Assembly (NCBI GenBank): GCA_905178155.1
Contig: CAJINV010000003.1
Coordinates: 9,183,979-9,247,978, forward strand
Length of the DNA stretch: 64,000 nt
From: Amoebophrya sp. A120
Taxonomy: Eukaryota; Protista; Dinoflagellata
Direction: 5' to 3'
Below, piece by piece: positions 12,101 to 24,366 of this stretch (positions are counted from its first letter, which is position 1; every line of letters begins with the position of its first letter). A program made the position numbers and the translations under genes. Below the pieces are notes generated by a model. That model had not been told where the DNA came from, searched no databases, and saw nothing but the letters and a program-made list of their open reading frames with translations.

Positions 12101-15100
12101 TTTGTTGTAGCGGGTCAGTAACCAAGTTTTGATTTGCGTCGACATCCGCAGGATGATGATCCTCAGATGCTGGATGTCTTGCGTGTGGTCCAGCACCTGA
12201 TGAAAATTTTTCTTCGCTATTCTTCTTACCGTCATCTATAGGTGGAGGCGCATCTACCGCAGGGATGAACTGCGCACTTTTAGTACTCTCCGAGTTGTAT
12301 ATCCACGCGCCGGATGAAGAAGAGGGAGACGGTAGCTCTGCCGCAGGATTGCGGTCTCGTCCCGTTAACATCCCAAGGGTATCCACAAACTCTTTGACGG
12401 GCGAAGTGACATTCGAAACGCTCGGTAGTTGTGGTCGCAGGGCCAAGTCTTCTACTTCGTTCGGCTGTTCGTCCTCCACTATTTGCGCTGTTGCTTCGCT
12501 ATCGGTGGCCGCGAAAGCAGGTACTTGTCCCCCGGCTGAAGAGCCAACAGCTGTGATTTCGCTTGTTGAAGCCGGGGGGATGCGAAGCGCGTAGCCAGAG
12601 GACGTCAATGCCGATGGCTGGATCAGCTCTGCTAGTTTCTCCGAGGAGAGGTTTTCCGCCAGAAGCGTCAGCGGCAAATCCGCCACAGAAGCGGAGGGAA
12701 TCGTGGCGCTGAAAGTTGAACTTTTTTCCTGTGCCTCCGGAGCGTCCGAACGTCCCGCACTTGTGAGGGCAGCTGTCTTCTTAACAGAACGACCAACGTC
12801 GTGATGGCTTCCTTGGCGAACGAGCAGGTCGAAACTAGGGTGCATCTCGCCCGATGGCGTTGCGCGAAACTGAAGCGGGCCGGGCGCGCGGAAAAAGTTG
12901 TGGTCACGCCACAGGGGTTCGAATCGCGTCTTGTACAGATTCCGGAGATTGGCTCGCGTCACCGTTCCCATAGTGCCGAAAAATCTCGCTTCGGTTCCTT
13001 GCGCAGCCACCTGAAAAGCCGAGGAATCGGATTGCATCGGATTGCGTGCCAGTGTCGCCACAGCGGTGGTATGGTCAAAGTCGCAGAAACGGTCTATGGG
13101 GACCCCGCAAGGCCGCCATTCCCCGACGTCCTGGACCAGCTCTGCGCACGACGCTATGTGTCCGGTAAGACCGTTTGCCAGCAGTGCACCCGCACAGTGG
13201 CCCAATGTCCAGCCTAGGTGACAATCAAAAGGTGTCGGCAGAGCGCCCGCACTCTCCCTGCTTACACTCCAGTAGCGCGGTGAGAAGTGGAGCCGTGCGA
13301 CCTCGGCAGTACGATCCAGCCCGATGTGACTCGCGAGCGCTTTCTGTCCCTCCCCTCCCTCTGAGATGAATGCTGGTGACCTAGTTGTAGCAGCCTCTGT
13401 AGTTGTTCTCAAGCCACCGTCTGACAGAGAAGGACCACGACGTGTTTCTGACGTGACACCAGGCCGCTGTGGCGAAGGTCTGCCACCGTTGACTTTGCGG
13501 AACCGGTTTTCGCAACTCAAAGCAGTCGGGGACCACATGGCCCAATTGATTCTTAATTGCTCTTGTGCCGTCATCCGAGACCGCGCCTCGACAGCCAGTG
13601 CCTCCACACGCCGCTCCAGTATCTTTCGCACGGCCGTGCCGAAAAACTTTTCGGCTCGCAGATCTTCTGGCAACATGGGTTGTCCAAGGGCATCCCGGCG
13701 GAAACACAGCGCGCGTCGCACGTGTTCAGGGAGAATCATGAACAGCTCCTGACTTTTGAAAGATAGTCGCCGCGAGACCCACTCTTCAGTGACCGTGTCA
13801 GGGAGGCAGGCCTTCGTGCTGCCGCGGGGAGCTGCTTCCGCATCGATCGAAAACTGGAGATGCGAAGGCCGCGAACTACCATGTTTGCTCCCCCGAGAGG
13901 GCGTCCGACAGAAAGCTGCCCCCTCAGGAGACGGCGAAGGCAAGGATCCGGTCGTTGTCGGCTGTTCTTGCTCTCGTTTGCTGCTAGAAGATGAGGCAGC
14001 CACGACCGGAGCTGATGATTCTTGTTCCGCCGGCTTTCCAGCGTGCCTTGGTGCGCTCTGCCTTTCGTCTTGATGTTCGAACACAACGTGATCGAGCTGG
14101 GCGATCTCTTGGCGGAGTTGAAACATGTCCGGGTGGCGCTCCAGCAGCCCGTCGGACAGAAGGACAATGCCCGACCAGTGACCGTGCACAATTCGACGAT
14201 ACTCCACGACGTCAGCAAGGTATCGAATGAGTTCTGGGACCGACGAAATGCCGAACACGTCTTCCGTCAGAATAGCCACCGTCGCGCGCACGTTGCACGC
14301 CAGCTCCAAGGTTAGCGCCGCGTCCCCGCAACGAATGAAATGCCAATACTTCCGCGAAGATAGCACATCCACTGCAATGTTCCCTACCACCTCGGAGAGC
14401 ATGCGGCGAGAGGAGTCGAACCCGAGAGTCAAGGGCATGTAGTAGGGAAAGTAGAAGTTCAGATTCTTCGACTTGGGCACAAACACCAACTGAATCCCCT
14501 CGGCGGCTAGAAGCGGTGCCAGCCGCCGTGCCCACAAGACGCACTGCGGCCCTCCTATCATTACCAGGTGCTGCAGGTGGTCTTGTTGACAACGCTGAAG
14601 CACAGCGGCTGGGCTCTCCAAATTTTCCACGGGAGAATACGAAAAGGCCGCACAGCCCCCTTGGTTCAGCCACCGTTTTACTTGAGCCCATTCGCTAATT
14701 CGCTTGCAGCGCCCCTCAATGAAGCCTTTCGGTCCCCCTACATATCCAACGAGTTCCACGGCGCTGCGACGGCCGGGAATTCGAGCTCCGTTGGCCCCGC
14801 GCGTGCAGCCTTCGCCGGGCAGAATGGTAGCGGACGTATCCGGTGGCTCCAGACCGCCACGCGGGGCCCACGTCCGACTCCGCTCGAGAGAATTCTCGCG
14901 CTGCTCCGCCGGGAGGTCGGCATTTTTCTGCTTTTGCGAAGACACAGACCCGCCGCCTGCTCCGGAGTGCGGATGGTGCTGCTGCACAACAACACCAGCG
15001 GAGGACCGCGTCTTGTCCAAATCCAAAGCACCTGCACTACTACCGGTCTCGGCGGAGGCGGGATGGCCGGTGGCCGCTACCGCCAACACCGGCGAAGCGG

Positions 15101-15755
15101 AGAGCAGCAAGCTCGGATGGTTCGCAGCGTGTTGTTCTAGGGCACTGCGTCCTACTTGGCTGTCTGACTCAGCCCGTACCAGGTCACTGCCAGAGCTTTC
15201 CTGGTTTTTTTTGAGGTAGGCAAACAATCCAATTATCACGTTCAGAATGCCTGCCGCGATCGAGTTATTACCGGACAAAACCACGCCCACCCGTCCCCGT
15301 ATCACCTTGTTTGCCAGCACAGTCGCGGCGGGAAGATCGGTAGAAGACAAGTTGGGCTCTTCACCCAACGCCGAGCCCACGGGAATATCGGAAGACGTCG
15401 TCGTCGGACTAGCGGCAACAGCGGCGGCGCCGGCCCGGGTAAAACTATCGCATGGCACCACCTTACGCCCTTCCTCGCTCCAAATTAGTGGCTCCAGGTC
15501 AGAAAAGCTCGGGGCATCGGGTAGGCGTCTCGTTTTGCGTGTTGCCCCTTCTCCTGCGACTGTCGACGGACTGCTGTGCTCGAAAGGAGCATTTGTGGCT
15601 GACGTCGGGGTCGCTGTATCCCCGCCGGCAACACGGTCGAAGCACACGCAGCCAGTGCGGCGATCTCGCACAGCCACAAAGCTGTTCTGCTCGAATTGCT
15701 GGCAGATGCGTGGGATCTGCTCTGTGCGGTGGATTTCTAGGGGACTCTTATTCAT
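6179..15755 (-). CDS. Very large two-domain PPi-type phosphofructokinase-like protein with long low-complexity insertions, multi-exon
   Basis: N-half: VGVVLSG, GYVGGPKG, NQGG, TLGFDS, DVLSSRKYWHFIR, PTPFDCHLGWTLG, FRAPGPLQF. C-half: IGVMFGSHQAPGFHSVVAGLFD, GFVGGWVGL, RNLGG, SIGFDT, SRKQWFFVR, SHVTLETAL, RSGMPTNFDCNLAY, YINAGPIQF. Confidence 0.85.
6550..6811. mobile_element. Introner family A copy 1 (262 bp), TSD GTCCA
   Basis: 31-bp TIR tatcaaatgcaaaaatgtctgggtctggaag / cttccagacccagacatttttgcatttgata; removal gives FPVLD-CLQG. Confidence 0.95.
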
Positions 15756-17861
15756 CTTCCGCACGTAGCAGCGAGACGAGACAGAAGAGAGCGCAACGAA
15801 TTATATTAGCCTACGCTAAGAGGTCATCTAAGTGTGGCCCTCGATCGATCGGCTTTCCATCTTGCTTTTGGTTTTGCCGCAAGAAGAAGGCAGGTGGCCC
15901 ACTGCAGGCGTGGGTCTACAGAGCTGCAAGAACGAAACATTTACATGATTTTCCTTCTTACGTACAAAATTAGAAATACCTCCTGACAAGCGTGTATATA
16001 ATTAAGTAGACGTTAGAAATGATGTAGATCCTCTAGACCCACTACTGTAGGTAGCAGAAGGCGTACTTAAATGCGATTGCGTTTTTTATAAATATATGCA
16101 TTACTGATCGACCATGGCAACGAACCAGTAAGCACGGAAAAGGCATCTACAGAAGATGACGAGTCCGAACAAGCGTCAAGAACGACAGACGAAAACCCGT
16201 TTCTTGAGAGCTAATTTCAGTGGAGCTGTGTGTGTGTCGACCACAGGATATGATCTCGAATTAGGTTGATCCAAATTTAAGTAGTTGCAGTGGACGGAAC
16301 GCACGACCAAAGAGGAAATCCAAATACAAACGAAATATAGAAATCGGGACCGCTCAAAAAAACGCAGGGAGCCATGACGCAAAACAGGATACACCGCTGG
16401 GGATGAAGACGAGCAACCCTGCATACTGCTAAGGTCTTAGAAAAAACACAGAAAAAGCACAAGGAAGCCGGTAAGCAAAGATCCAGCGAAATTCTCTGTC
16501 AATCCGTTCACGTCTTTGGAAGGGTCAGCGCGAGCAGGTTCTGTGCCTTCGCTCGCAGCGTTTTCTTCATAAGTTTCACAGAAGAGGGAACTTCTAGGCT
16601 ACAAAGATGCCGCAAGACAAAGTATCCAAAGATACTACTTGTACGTGTAAGAATAGCACTAAAGCATTAGAATAACAACATATAAGGCTAAGCGTCTATA
16701 TTCTCATACGAAAAACATCTTTCTGATTTTTACTGGAGGCTGGAGCCAGACAGTGATTTAAAAAAGGATATGGCTTTTTTTGGAACTGTCTAAACTGACA
16801 ACGGAACTTTTTCGCGACCCTTGGATCCTTCCCCGCATGTTGTCGTGTTTTTTTAAAAAAAAGGGCCCAGACTGAAAACGGAACCCGAAGCAGTAAATAG
16901 GTGTTGAAATGGAAACACAGAACACCCAGGGAAGCTCCGGCTAGCGCCTAGAAGTAGAGAGACGGCTTCTGTGCGCATGGCTCCCACACAGGTGAGACAG
17001 AGCTTGCGAGGGTGGGAAAGTGATCGAATCGGTTTAGTTACGAAGCGACGCTGTCTGCGAAAGGAAGCGCGTGAGCCGAGACACTCACAGAGCAAGGGCG
17101 CCGGCTTTTGGTTCGTTGGAATTCACGCTCTTTGCCTGGTCTCCTAGAGACGGAAATGCTTGCAATGGGTGCGTATTCTGTCATTAGACAGAGAGCAGAA
17201 GAACTAGTCTGGGCGCCACCGCCAACGGCTTCGCTTTCACTCGGATGGGGCCGGGCGATCTGATCCCTCAGAAACTTCACGAAAATTGCCTCAACTTTTG
17301 TTGGGACAGAACCACCACCCAGCTCGGCAAGTGCTCAACTCCTATCCACATGAAAGGGAAACGATAGGGGCAGGGGGAGGATGATCGAAAGCGGTACCAA
17401 AGCGCCCCACACATAAGGGCCGGCGCTTCATGGCCTAGAACAACCCAGAGCCAACCGATTTCAAGACTCCCACACGATCGGACTACCCGGTGAGGGCGGT
17501 TGATCGTTTTACCCCCCTGATCGTGTAACAATATCGGCCAAAAATTTTCTTTGCCGAGGCCGCGCAGCCACCTCCACATTGTGGAGGCGGTTGCGCGGCC
17601 TCTGCAAATGCCCGTCAATGAATTACCAAAAACCCCAGGCACGAGGAAAAAAAGCCAGGACAAGCCGGGAGCCTTGGTGTGCTCCGCCTTTCGTCTTTCG
17701 CTGGGCGCGACTTGGGACGCTGCCTCACAGGCAGGACAATGGAAACGAAAGACCATTTGGCTGACCGGCGGGGCACACAGGTGGGGAGACAGACAAGAAC
17801 GAACGGTCGGCGGGGCTGCGGCCATTGAACGTGCGCAAATCCCGCAATTTTTGTCCCCCCT

Positions 17862-17995
17862 AGGAAGAGAGAGAGAAAAGAGAAAACAAGATCTATATCT
17901 ATTTTAGATCGAGAAAGAATAAGAAATAGAAAAAGAAGAAGAAAACGAAAGACGAGAAAACAAAAAACAAAAAAGCAAACGAAACGAACAAGAAG
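17862..17995 (+). repeat. A/G-rich low-complexity tract
   Basis: Runs of GAAA/GAA/AAAC units, nearly all purines. Confidence 0.6.
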
Positions 17996-18283
17996 GCGAA
18001 TCGCCACGGTATGGTGAATGTCGGTTCCGTTGTCAGTTTAGGTAGTTCCGAAAAAATCCGATCCCTTTAAAAAAGATAAAGAGAAACAATATGCTAAGGT
18101 GCATTAACTATGTGAGACGGAACTGCTATGTCGTGTTGCTGGCACTGCTTTTGCACGTGTAGTGGTGTGTAAAATATCGAAACGGGAACGAAAACGACAT
18201 CTTTCTGGAGCAAGGGCTCGAACTTCGACAAAATAAATGCTGCGAAAAAAAAAATGCCGGTTAGAATCACAGACAAAGCTGAT

Positions 18284-20589
18284 CTACTTCGGAGTGGTTC
18301 CCACCTCGAGATTCTGGCAGCTGCGCACCATTCCGCGCCACTTTTTGTACTCGCTTCGCAGTTCCGGTACATTGTACTTGAATTCCCAGTCCCCCCATGC
18401 CGGGCCCCAGCTCGGAACGTAGTTGATGTGCGTGACGTTCCGAAGCAGCGCAATGTTGTGGGCGCCCTTGTGTTCCGCAGTGAAAATCTCGACCGAAACG
18501 GAGCAGTTTCCGGGCTTCATGAGCACGGCGCCCAAACCGAATGTAGCTCCGTGCGGGCCAATCATGAGGCGAGCGTCCGCGAATGCTTCCATCTGCTCCT
18601 CCATGGAGAGCACGTCGGGATCGAAGTTTTTCACCGTGCATGCGTCGAGCCCGCGGGGGCTTGTTGCGCGCTGTCCGCCATCCAACGCCAATGCGTTTTC
18701 CTCGGCTTGCAGGGCCTGTCGCGCCTCCTCGTGATTCGTAGCCCTGCGACGATGGTCGTGGCGATTGTAAAACAAGACGGTACATTTTTCATGGGGCCCC
18801 GCCTGAGCGTGAGCGCTACCCCCTTCCGCGGGGTGCTCAAACACATTCAAAATGCGTTGTCTCGTTGACTCGATCAGGGGCGCCCGTCCTCGGCAGCTGC
18901 TAAAACGCGCAAATTCCCCCTGCTTTTGTGCTTGCGCATCTACATCAGGGTCCCCGATCCGACACTGGTCCAAGTCTGTGAGCCATCACAAAGAAAAGCA
19001 CACAACCGGCACCATATTGGTCGACACGATGAAATAAATGCGACGTGACTGTGATACTGCTCAATTGTAGAGCTACAGCTACACTTGCACGACTTGAAAT
19101 TCATAGAGCAAGTACCGCAATTTTTTCTTTCTGATGTATCAATCTAGAAGTGTCGGCTTCTTCACTTCGAATGTACCCATTTCCATTTCGATTTCTCAAA
19201 TCTCAATCTTTCTCTCAGGATATCCATATATAAAGTCGTATTTCCCTCGATGCTCTTTCATCTGCATTATCGTCACTTACATTTTGGTAGACGAATACGG
19301 TGTGGGCGTGATTTTTTCCGAAGTATGTACTTAGGGCGCATATATTTGCAATCCAGTCCAAAGGTGTCTTCGGGCTCAGAGCCGACAACGAAAAACACAT
19401 TTTTTCCCGTGAACCGCTTCTGGCTTGGGCCCTGCTGCTCTGTTTCGACACGACGATCTCCCCCTGCCTGCCCGGTCTGATGCTCTTGGGGAGTATCATC
19501 CCGGATGTACCTTCCCCCCAGCATTTGCCGATACAGGTACGGAACCTTGCAGACGCCTTCACTGCGGCTTTTGAAGTGTTTCTGCAAAACAAGAAGATTG
19601 CCTTCAGGCAGCGCGGGGTGCTGCGACGTGTGCTCGTCTTCTTGTTTCCCCTCCTGCGCGAGCTGCTCGCGCGCCAACAGCTGCGTAAAGTGAACCGAAA
19701 AAGCTTGTGGCAATCCTTGGTTCGGGTTCCAAACGTCTTCAAAATAGCTCAACACGAACAAGTTTTCCTCGACCACGCGCGGCCCATCGGAAATTTCCTT
19801 CCCTGCTGAACGTGCCCCTGCCGAAGGTAATTCTTCCGTTTTTTTGGGAATGCGCACGACTGCCTTTTTGTCGTCGCCGTCGCCGCCTCTCGCATAACGG
19901 TTCACCAACACCAAATCAGAACTCTCGTCCACTTTCCACTCACAGTCTGCATCCAAAGCCCAATCCCAATCGTCCGGAGCTGGTGTTTTCGCCACTTGAA
20001 AAAAACTCAGGTTCTTTCCCCAGCAATACGCACCTTTCCCAAGCGTCTCAATTTTGTTGCCGGTAACATTCAGGTGGGGCCCACTGCACTGCAACCATGC
20101 GGTGGCGTTCCGTCCCGAGGAAAAGTGCCCACAAAGCACGACCGAATTGTGTTTGTACCGTTCCAGGAAGCCGGACCCGAAGTGCGCGTCGCAAAGATCG
20201 GCAACATGCGACTCATGATCCGCTCCCGCATGCAGGCCCCGACGCCCAATACCAGTTGCGACGGCAGTTGTGTGGCCTCTCGTCTTGCTCACCTCACCCA
20301 AGAACGCTGACTTGCCCGGCTGATCGTGTCGCAGTGCTCCGCGACCGCCGGCGAAGTTGCGGCGTCTCACTTCACGCTGCGACTGGCTGACAAGGGCGCC
20401 CGCTGCCCGTTTTTTTATGGCGTCTGTCCACACATACCCAGAAACAGCAAGAATGGTGGCGCCGCGAGCAGCTTCATCTTGCTCCCCAGATGAGAGAAGG
20501 ACACGAGACAGTGCACTCCACTCGGTCGCCAGGGCCAACAAGGCAGGCCCAACACTGCTTCTTCTTCTTCTACCTAGTTTCGACGTCAT
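18284..20589 (-). CDS. Glycosyltransferase family 61 (DUF563)-like protein, multi-exon; may continue to exons near 17040-17280
   Basis: VLFYNR...RRRATNHEE and LSMEEQMEAFADARLMIGPHGATFGLGAVLMKPG..VEIF match the GT61 C-terminal pattern (GxHGA); hydrophobic N-terminal segment. Confidence 0.7.
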
Positions 20590-22031
20590 GACTTTGTCGC
20601 GCCTCTCTTTGGAGCAACAGGACTGAAAAATGCACGAGTAGAAATTGTCGCAAAATCGACTAATCACTATGACAGGGTCGCCAGCTTTGTGCCGCTTTGA
20701 TTCTTGCGTGCGAAACTGAGTAAAAGGCAGGGTGAAAAAGGGTCGTGGATGACGAAAACTACCTTGCTAGAAAAATGATCCCGTCTAAAGAGTGCTACGT
20801 ACATAGTCAGAGTGAAGAAAAGGAAATGACCTAGTTGAGTGCCTTAACGATGATGGGGTCAACAAGCAAACTACGAGTGCGAACGCGTGGGTCGTACCCG
20901 ATGTCGGTAAGGGTAATGAGTGAGCAAAATAGAAATAGATCAACGAGGACAGCCGACCCGCCACACTCACAGGCAAGTTTTTTTCTCGTCAAGCTCAAGT
21001 GCGCAAATAATTTCTTCACTCCGCCGGAATGGGACCCCTGCGCCGGGCGAGTTCGCTCATACTTAGCGAGGGAGGACGCGGCGCCCAGGTACCTCAGACA
21101 TATGGCGCAAACTGTTTGTGCGTGCTGGCAAGCTAGCACTTTTTCCCTGTAGAACAAACATTGCCAGAGTTTCATCTGAGCGAATTAGTAGCCAGTGTCT
21201 CTGAGTTTGAGTTCAAGACTCCTTCTCAACACACCACGGTTGCGCAGGCATATAACAGCGCACAATTTTTTAATCTGATTCGCAACCAAATAAGAATGGT
21301 GGCAACCATTTTATGAGGAAACAATATCTGTCCTTTGAATCAACGACAGGGAGATCTACGCACGCCTTTTATGTTCTGAGGAGGAGCAGAAAGGCCGAGG
21401 AGGTAGCAGGTAGGGCGGGGATGAGAAGCAAATACAAATAGACGAGCGGTTTTACTTTTAGTTTTCTTACGGCTTTGTTCATTACATATTTCTCTTTGCA
21501 ATCAAGGTAGGATGTGAGTAGAGTTGTAGTACAACTCGGTTGTTGACGAAGCGGCGACACACAGCTCAAGCCTACGAGGGCAGACCGTGGTCTCGAGTGG
21601 GCACATAGGCCTGTGACACCCACACGCTCTGTCTCTCAACAGTAAAAATCATTTCATTTTTCCGGTAAATGAATTATCTATTTTCATGTATTCTTGGGAA
21701 GATGGGTTTTGAAGTAAATTGAAGTTGCAACTCTTCCTCTGTCTTGCTCTTGTTGTACAACAATCGGATAATAATAAATCATACATGTTGGTTCATCCGG
21801 TTGGACATAATTTCACGCTGCAGCGAAGAGAGACGTGGTACGTTTTCTTCTACCTGTTTTTACGACTGATTTTGCAAATAATTTTTTTTTCTAGTAATAT
21901 TCTTTTGTCCTACTTGGTGCCTACGGAGAGCGCGATTGTGTGACTGCAGCGATGAGTCTACTCGTTTATCCTTGAAGTTGATTCTCTATTTAGTTTAAAT
22001 CTTACATTTGGTTTTAGTGTTGAAAGAATTT

Positions 22032-22547
22032 TTATAGAAGACACTCGTGCTTGTCTGTAGTGCACGCACTTGAGTTCGCGGAGGTAGCAGCTGTGACGGG
22101 CTCTTCGGCGCGCCGCAGTGCTTCATGAATGGCAGTGCCGTAGTCGCAAACCTGCGCAGTCCAGGATGAAACCGCTTCTTCCTCAGCGTTAGCGGAGTCG
22201 TGCAGTCGGTGCTCAGTAACTGCAACATTGTTGCTTGCATTCATGGTGTCCAAGAAAGAGGCGCTTCCACATGTACGTAACAGCTCCTCCCCGGTCTGCG
22301 GTGTAGTGCGTGAGCAGGAGCTTTCCAATGGATCAAACGCGGTCGACTGGCAGCCGTCAGAGTTGTGTCGCGGCTGGTGCTTATCTCCACCTGGCGTGAG
22401 TTGTTCCTCGTTGTCCGGCTCACAACTTCCGTAGGAATAGAGTGGTTGGGTCGTTCCGCGACCGTTGTAGTCCTCTGCGCGAGCGTATGAAAGTGAGCGA
22501 AGTAGCGCACCCCCCCCCCGGCCGAACAAGATGAAATGCACGCGCAC
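22032..22547 (-). CDS. Hypothetical coding exon
   Basis: 171-codon ORF with coding-like composition on the gene-bearing strand; no recognisable domain. Confidence 0.3.
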   Translation of the reverse strand: MRVHFILFGRGGGALLRSLSYARAEDYNGRGTTQPLYSYGSCEPDNEEQLTPGGDKHQPRHNSDGCQSTAFDPLESSCSRTTPQTGEELLRTCGSASFLDTMNASNNVAVTEHRLHDSANAEEEAVSSWTAQVCDYGTAIHEALRRAEEPVTAATSANSSACTTDKHECLL

Positions 22548-24366
22548 GCCCTGCGAACAAGTAGTTCCACAATGAAACGGACCTTTATTCTGGGCACATC
22601 AACAGCACTGGTGCAAAAGCCGTTCATCTTTGTTGTTACTTGGTCTCACAGTACAACACGGACTGTACCCCATGCAGACATCAGCCCCGCTCGCACTCGA
22701 AGTGGAATCTTTGAGCATTTTATTTTTATCCATCGGAATCTTTCTCGTATCATATCATGTCCACATCGCACTTCATGGAGAGCTTGAGCTTCGCGTTCGC
22801 GAATCAATGCACATATTTCGGCATGGGCGGGGCGGGTGGGACAAATTTCCTCTAGATAGCACTTGCTGGGACTTGTCGTTTACCAACCACTTTCGGAAAA
22901 CATGCGCAACAGTACCCCACACCCCCTATTGTGCAGAAAAGTAAGCCTAGAGCATCGCCAAAGATATGAGTACTCACATCGCGACGCGATTTCAGTATAG
23001 TACAGATACGCGGCTGAGATAGCAGCCATCATTTGCACATGAAAAACGCAGCACGAAACGCTTGCACGGTCCACCGAGCTTCGGGCTAAGAGCGCGCTGA
23101 ACCGAGCCGGTAAGCACACTGCATCAAGCCGGTAGGTACACGTCGAACCGGGCCAAAGTAGTAAATCTATCGGACTGCGCGCCCGAGACGGAAGAAGGGT
23201 TCATGATTTGCTCGGAACAGCCGACGGTCACGCAACTGGCACAGCCACAGAACTAGCACAAAAAAGGAAATCAAAGCGGGATGCCTAGGTGTACTTTTCT
23301 GCGTCGTGATATTACTGCTACCATGTGCCTAATCTGGTCTCCCGACAGGTTGGACTCGTCAGGATTGCCCTTCGCATGGGCTCCGCAGTTTTCGGAGAAG
23401 ATACCTGAGAGTTTCCGAATAAAGTCGGCTGTCGCCGTCTGATCTCTTATCAATGGACCACAACTTTTATTCCTAGTGTAGAAACAGTTGCTTATGCTTT
23501 AACTTTATACATTCATAGATACAACATAAATCAAAGCGAGATCGAGCCACTTCGATAGTTTGGAGGGAATGCAGAGAAACTACCAGGCGAGTTAGGAACT
23601 GTCAGCGCGCTGCGTGTTCTTTTCCTTTTAGTTTGATTAACTGCAGTGATTTGGTCGCCAGCCGCATCACTCGTCTTATGCTTATCAGAACGCTGCCCGT
23701 GAATGAATAAACCAAAATTAATCGGAGCATCTTACTTTTTTTTTTCTCGGCCACGTTCCCCCCAGTCATGGTTCCGTAGGAGCGGGGAAAAAGTTCAGAC
23801 AGGAGCTTCCGCTGGCGTTGTTTAGGTAAATGCTTGGCCCCCGCCGTGACAAGGAGGATTACCGCAAGACAAAGCCAAAAAAAAGTCCTGACCGCGGCCC
23901 CGGAGTCCTTCCGCCGAATCCGGCGTGGTGCAGCGAGACTCGCGGTGGAAGCACCACTCGGGAGCGACTCTTCATCCAGGTCGGGATCCTAATGGGAGGC
24001 GTGAAGTTTCATATGACGATTGATCATGGGTTATTCTTGCTCTAAACTATAGAATTACTGAATTAGCAACTAACACCCTGACAAATCAGAATTCTTCACT
24101 AGTAATTGCTTCAGCAAAAAGAGCATTAGGCGACCATACGAACAGTACGTGCTCGACTTCGACGATGGTTTCGTATGCAGTGCAAGTGTATCTGTCTGAG
24201 TCCCGAAAAGCCACGGAAACTTGCTCGGACATACATACGGCAGTGTGTTTGTGCTCAACTACACAAGACAACAACTTAATGTGTCACATCATGACTAGCG
24301 AAATTCTCCTTGCTCGGCTTTCCATTGATGCGCGCAACCTGGAAAGTGACATTGGAAGAAAAAAGC

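Noticed and set aside
11000-15973. Many plus-strand ORFs of 60-190 aa
   Set aside because: Antisense shadows of the GC-rich PFK-like exon
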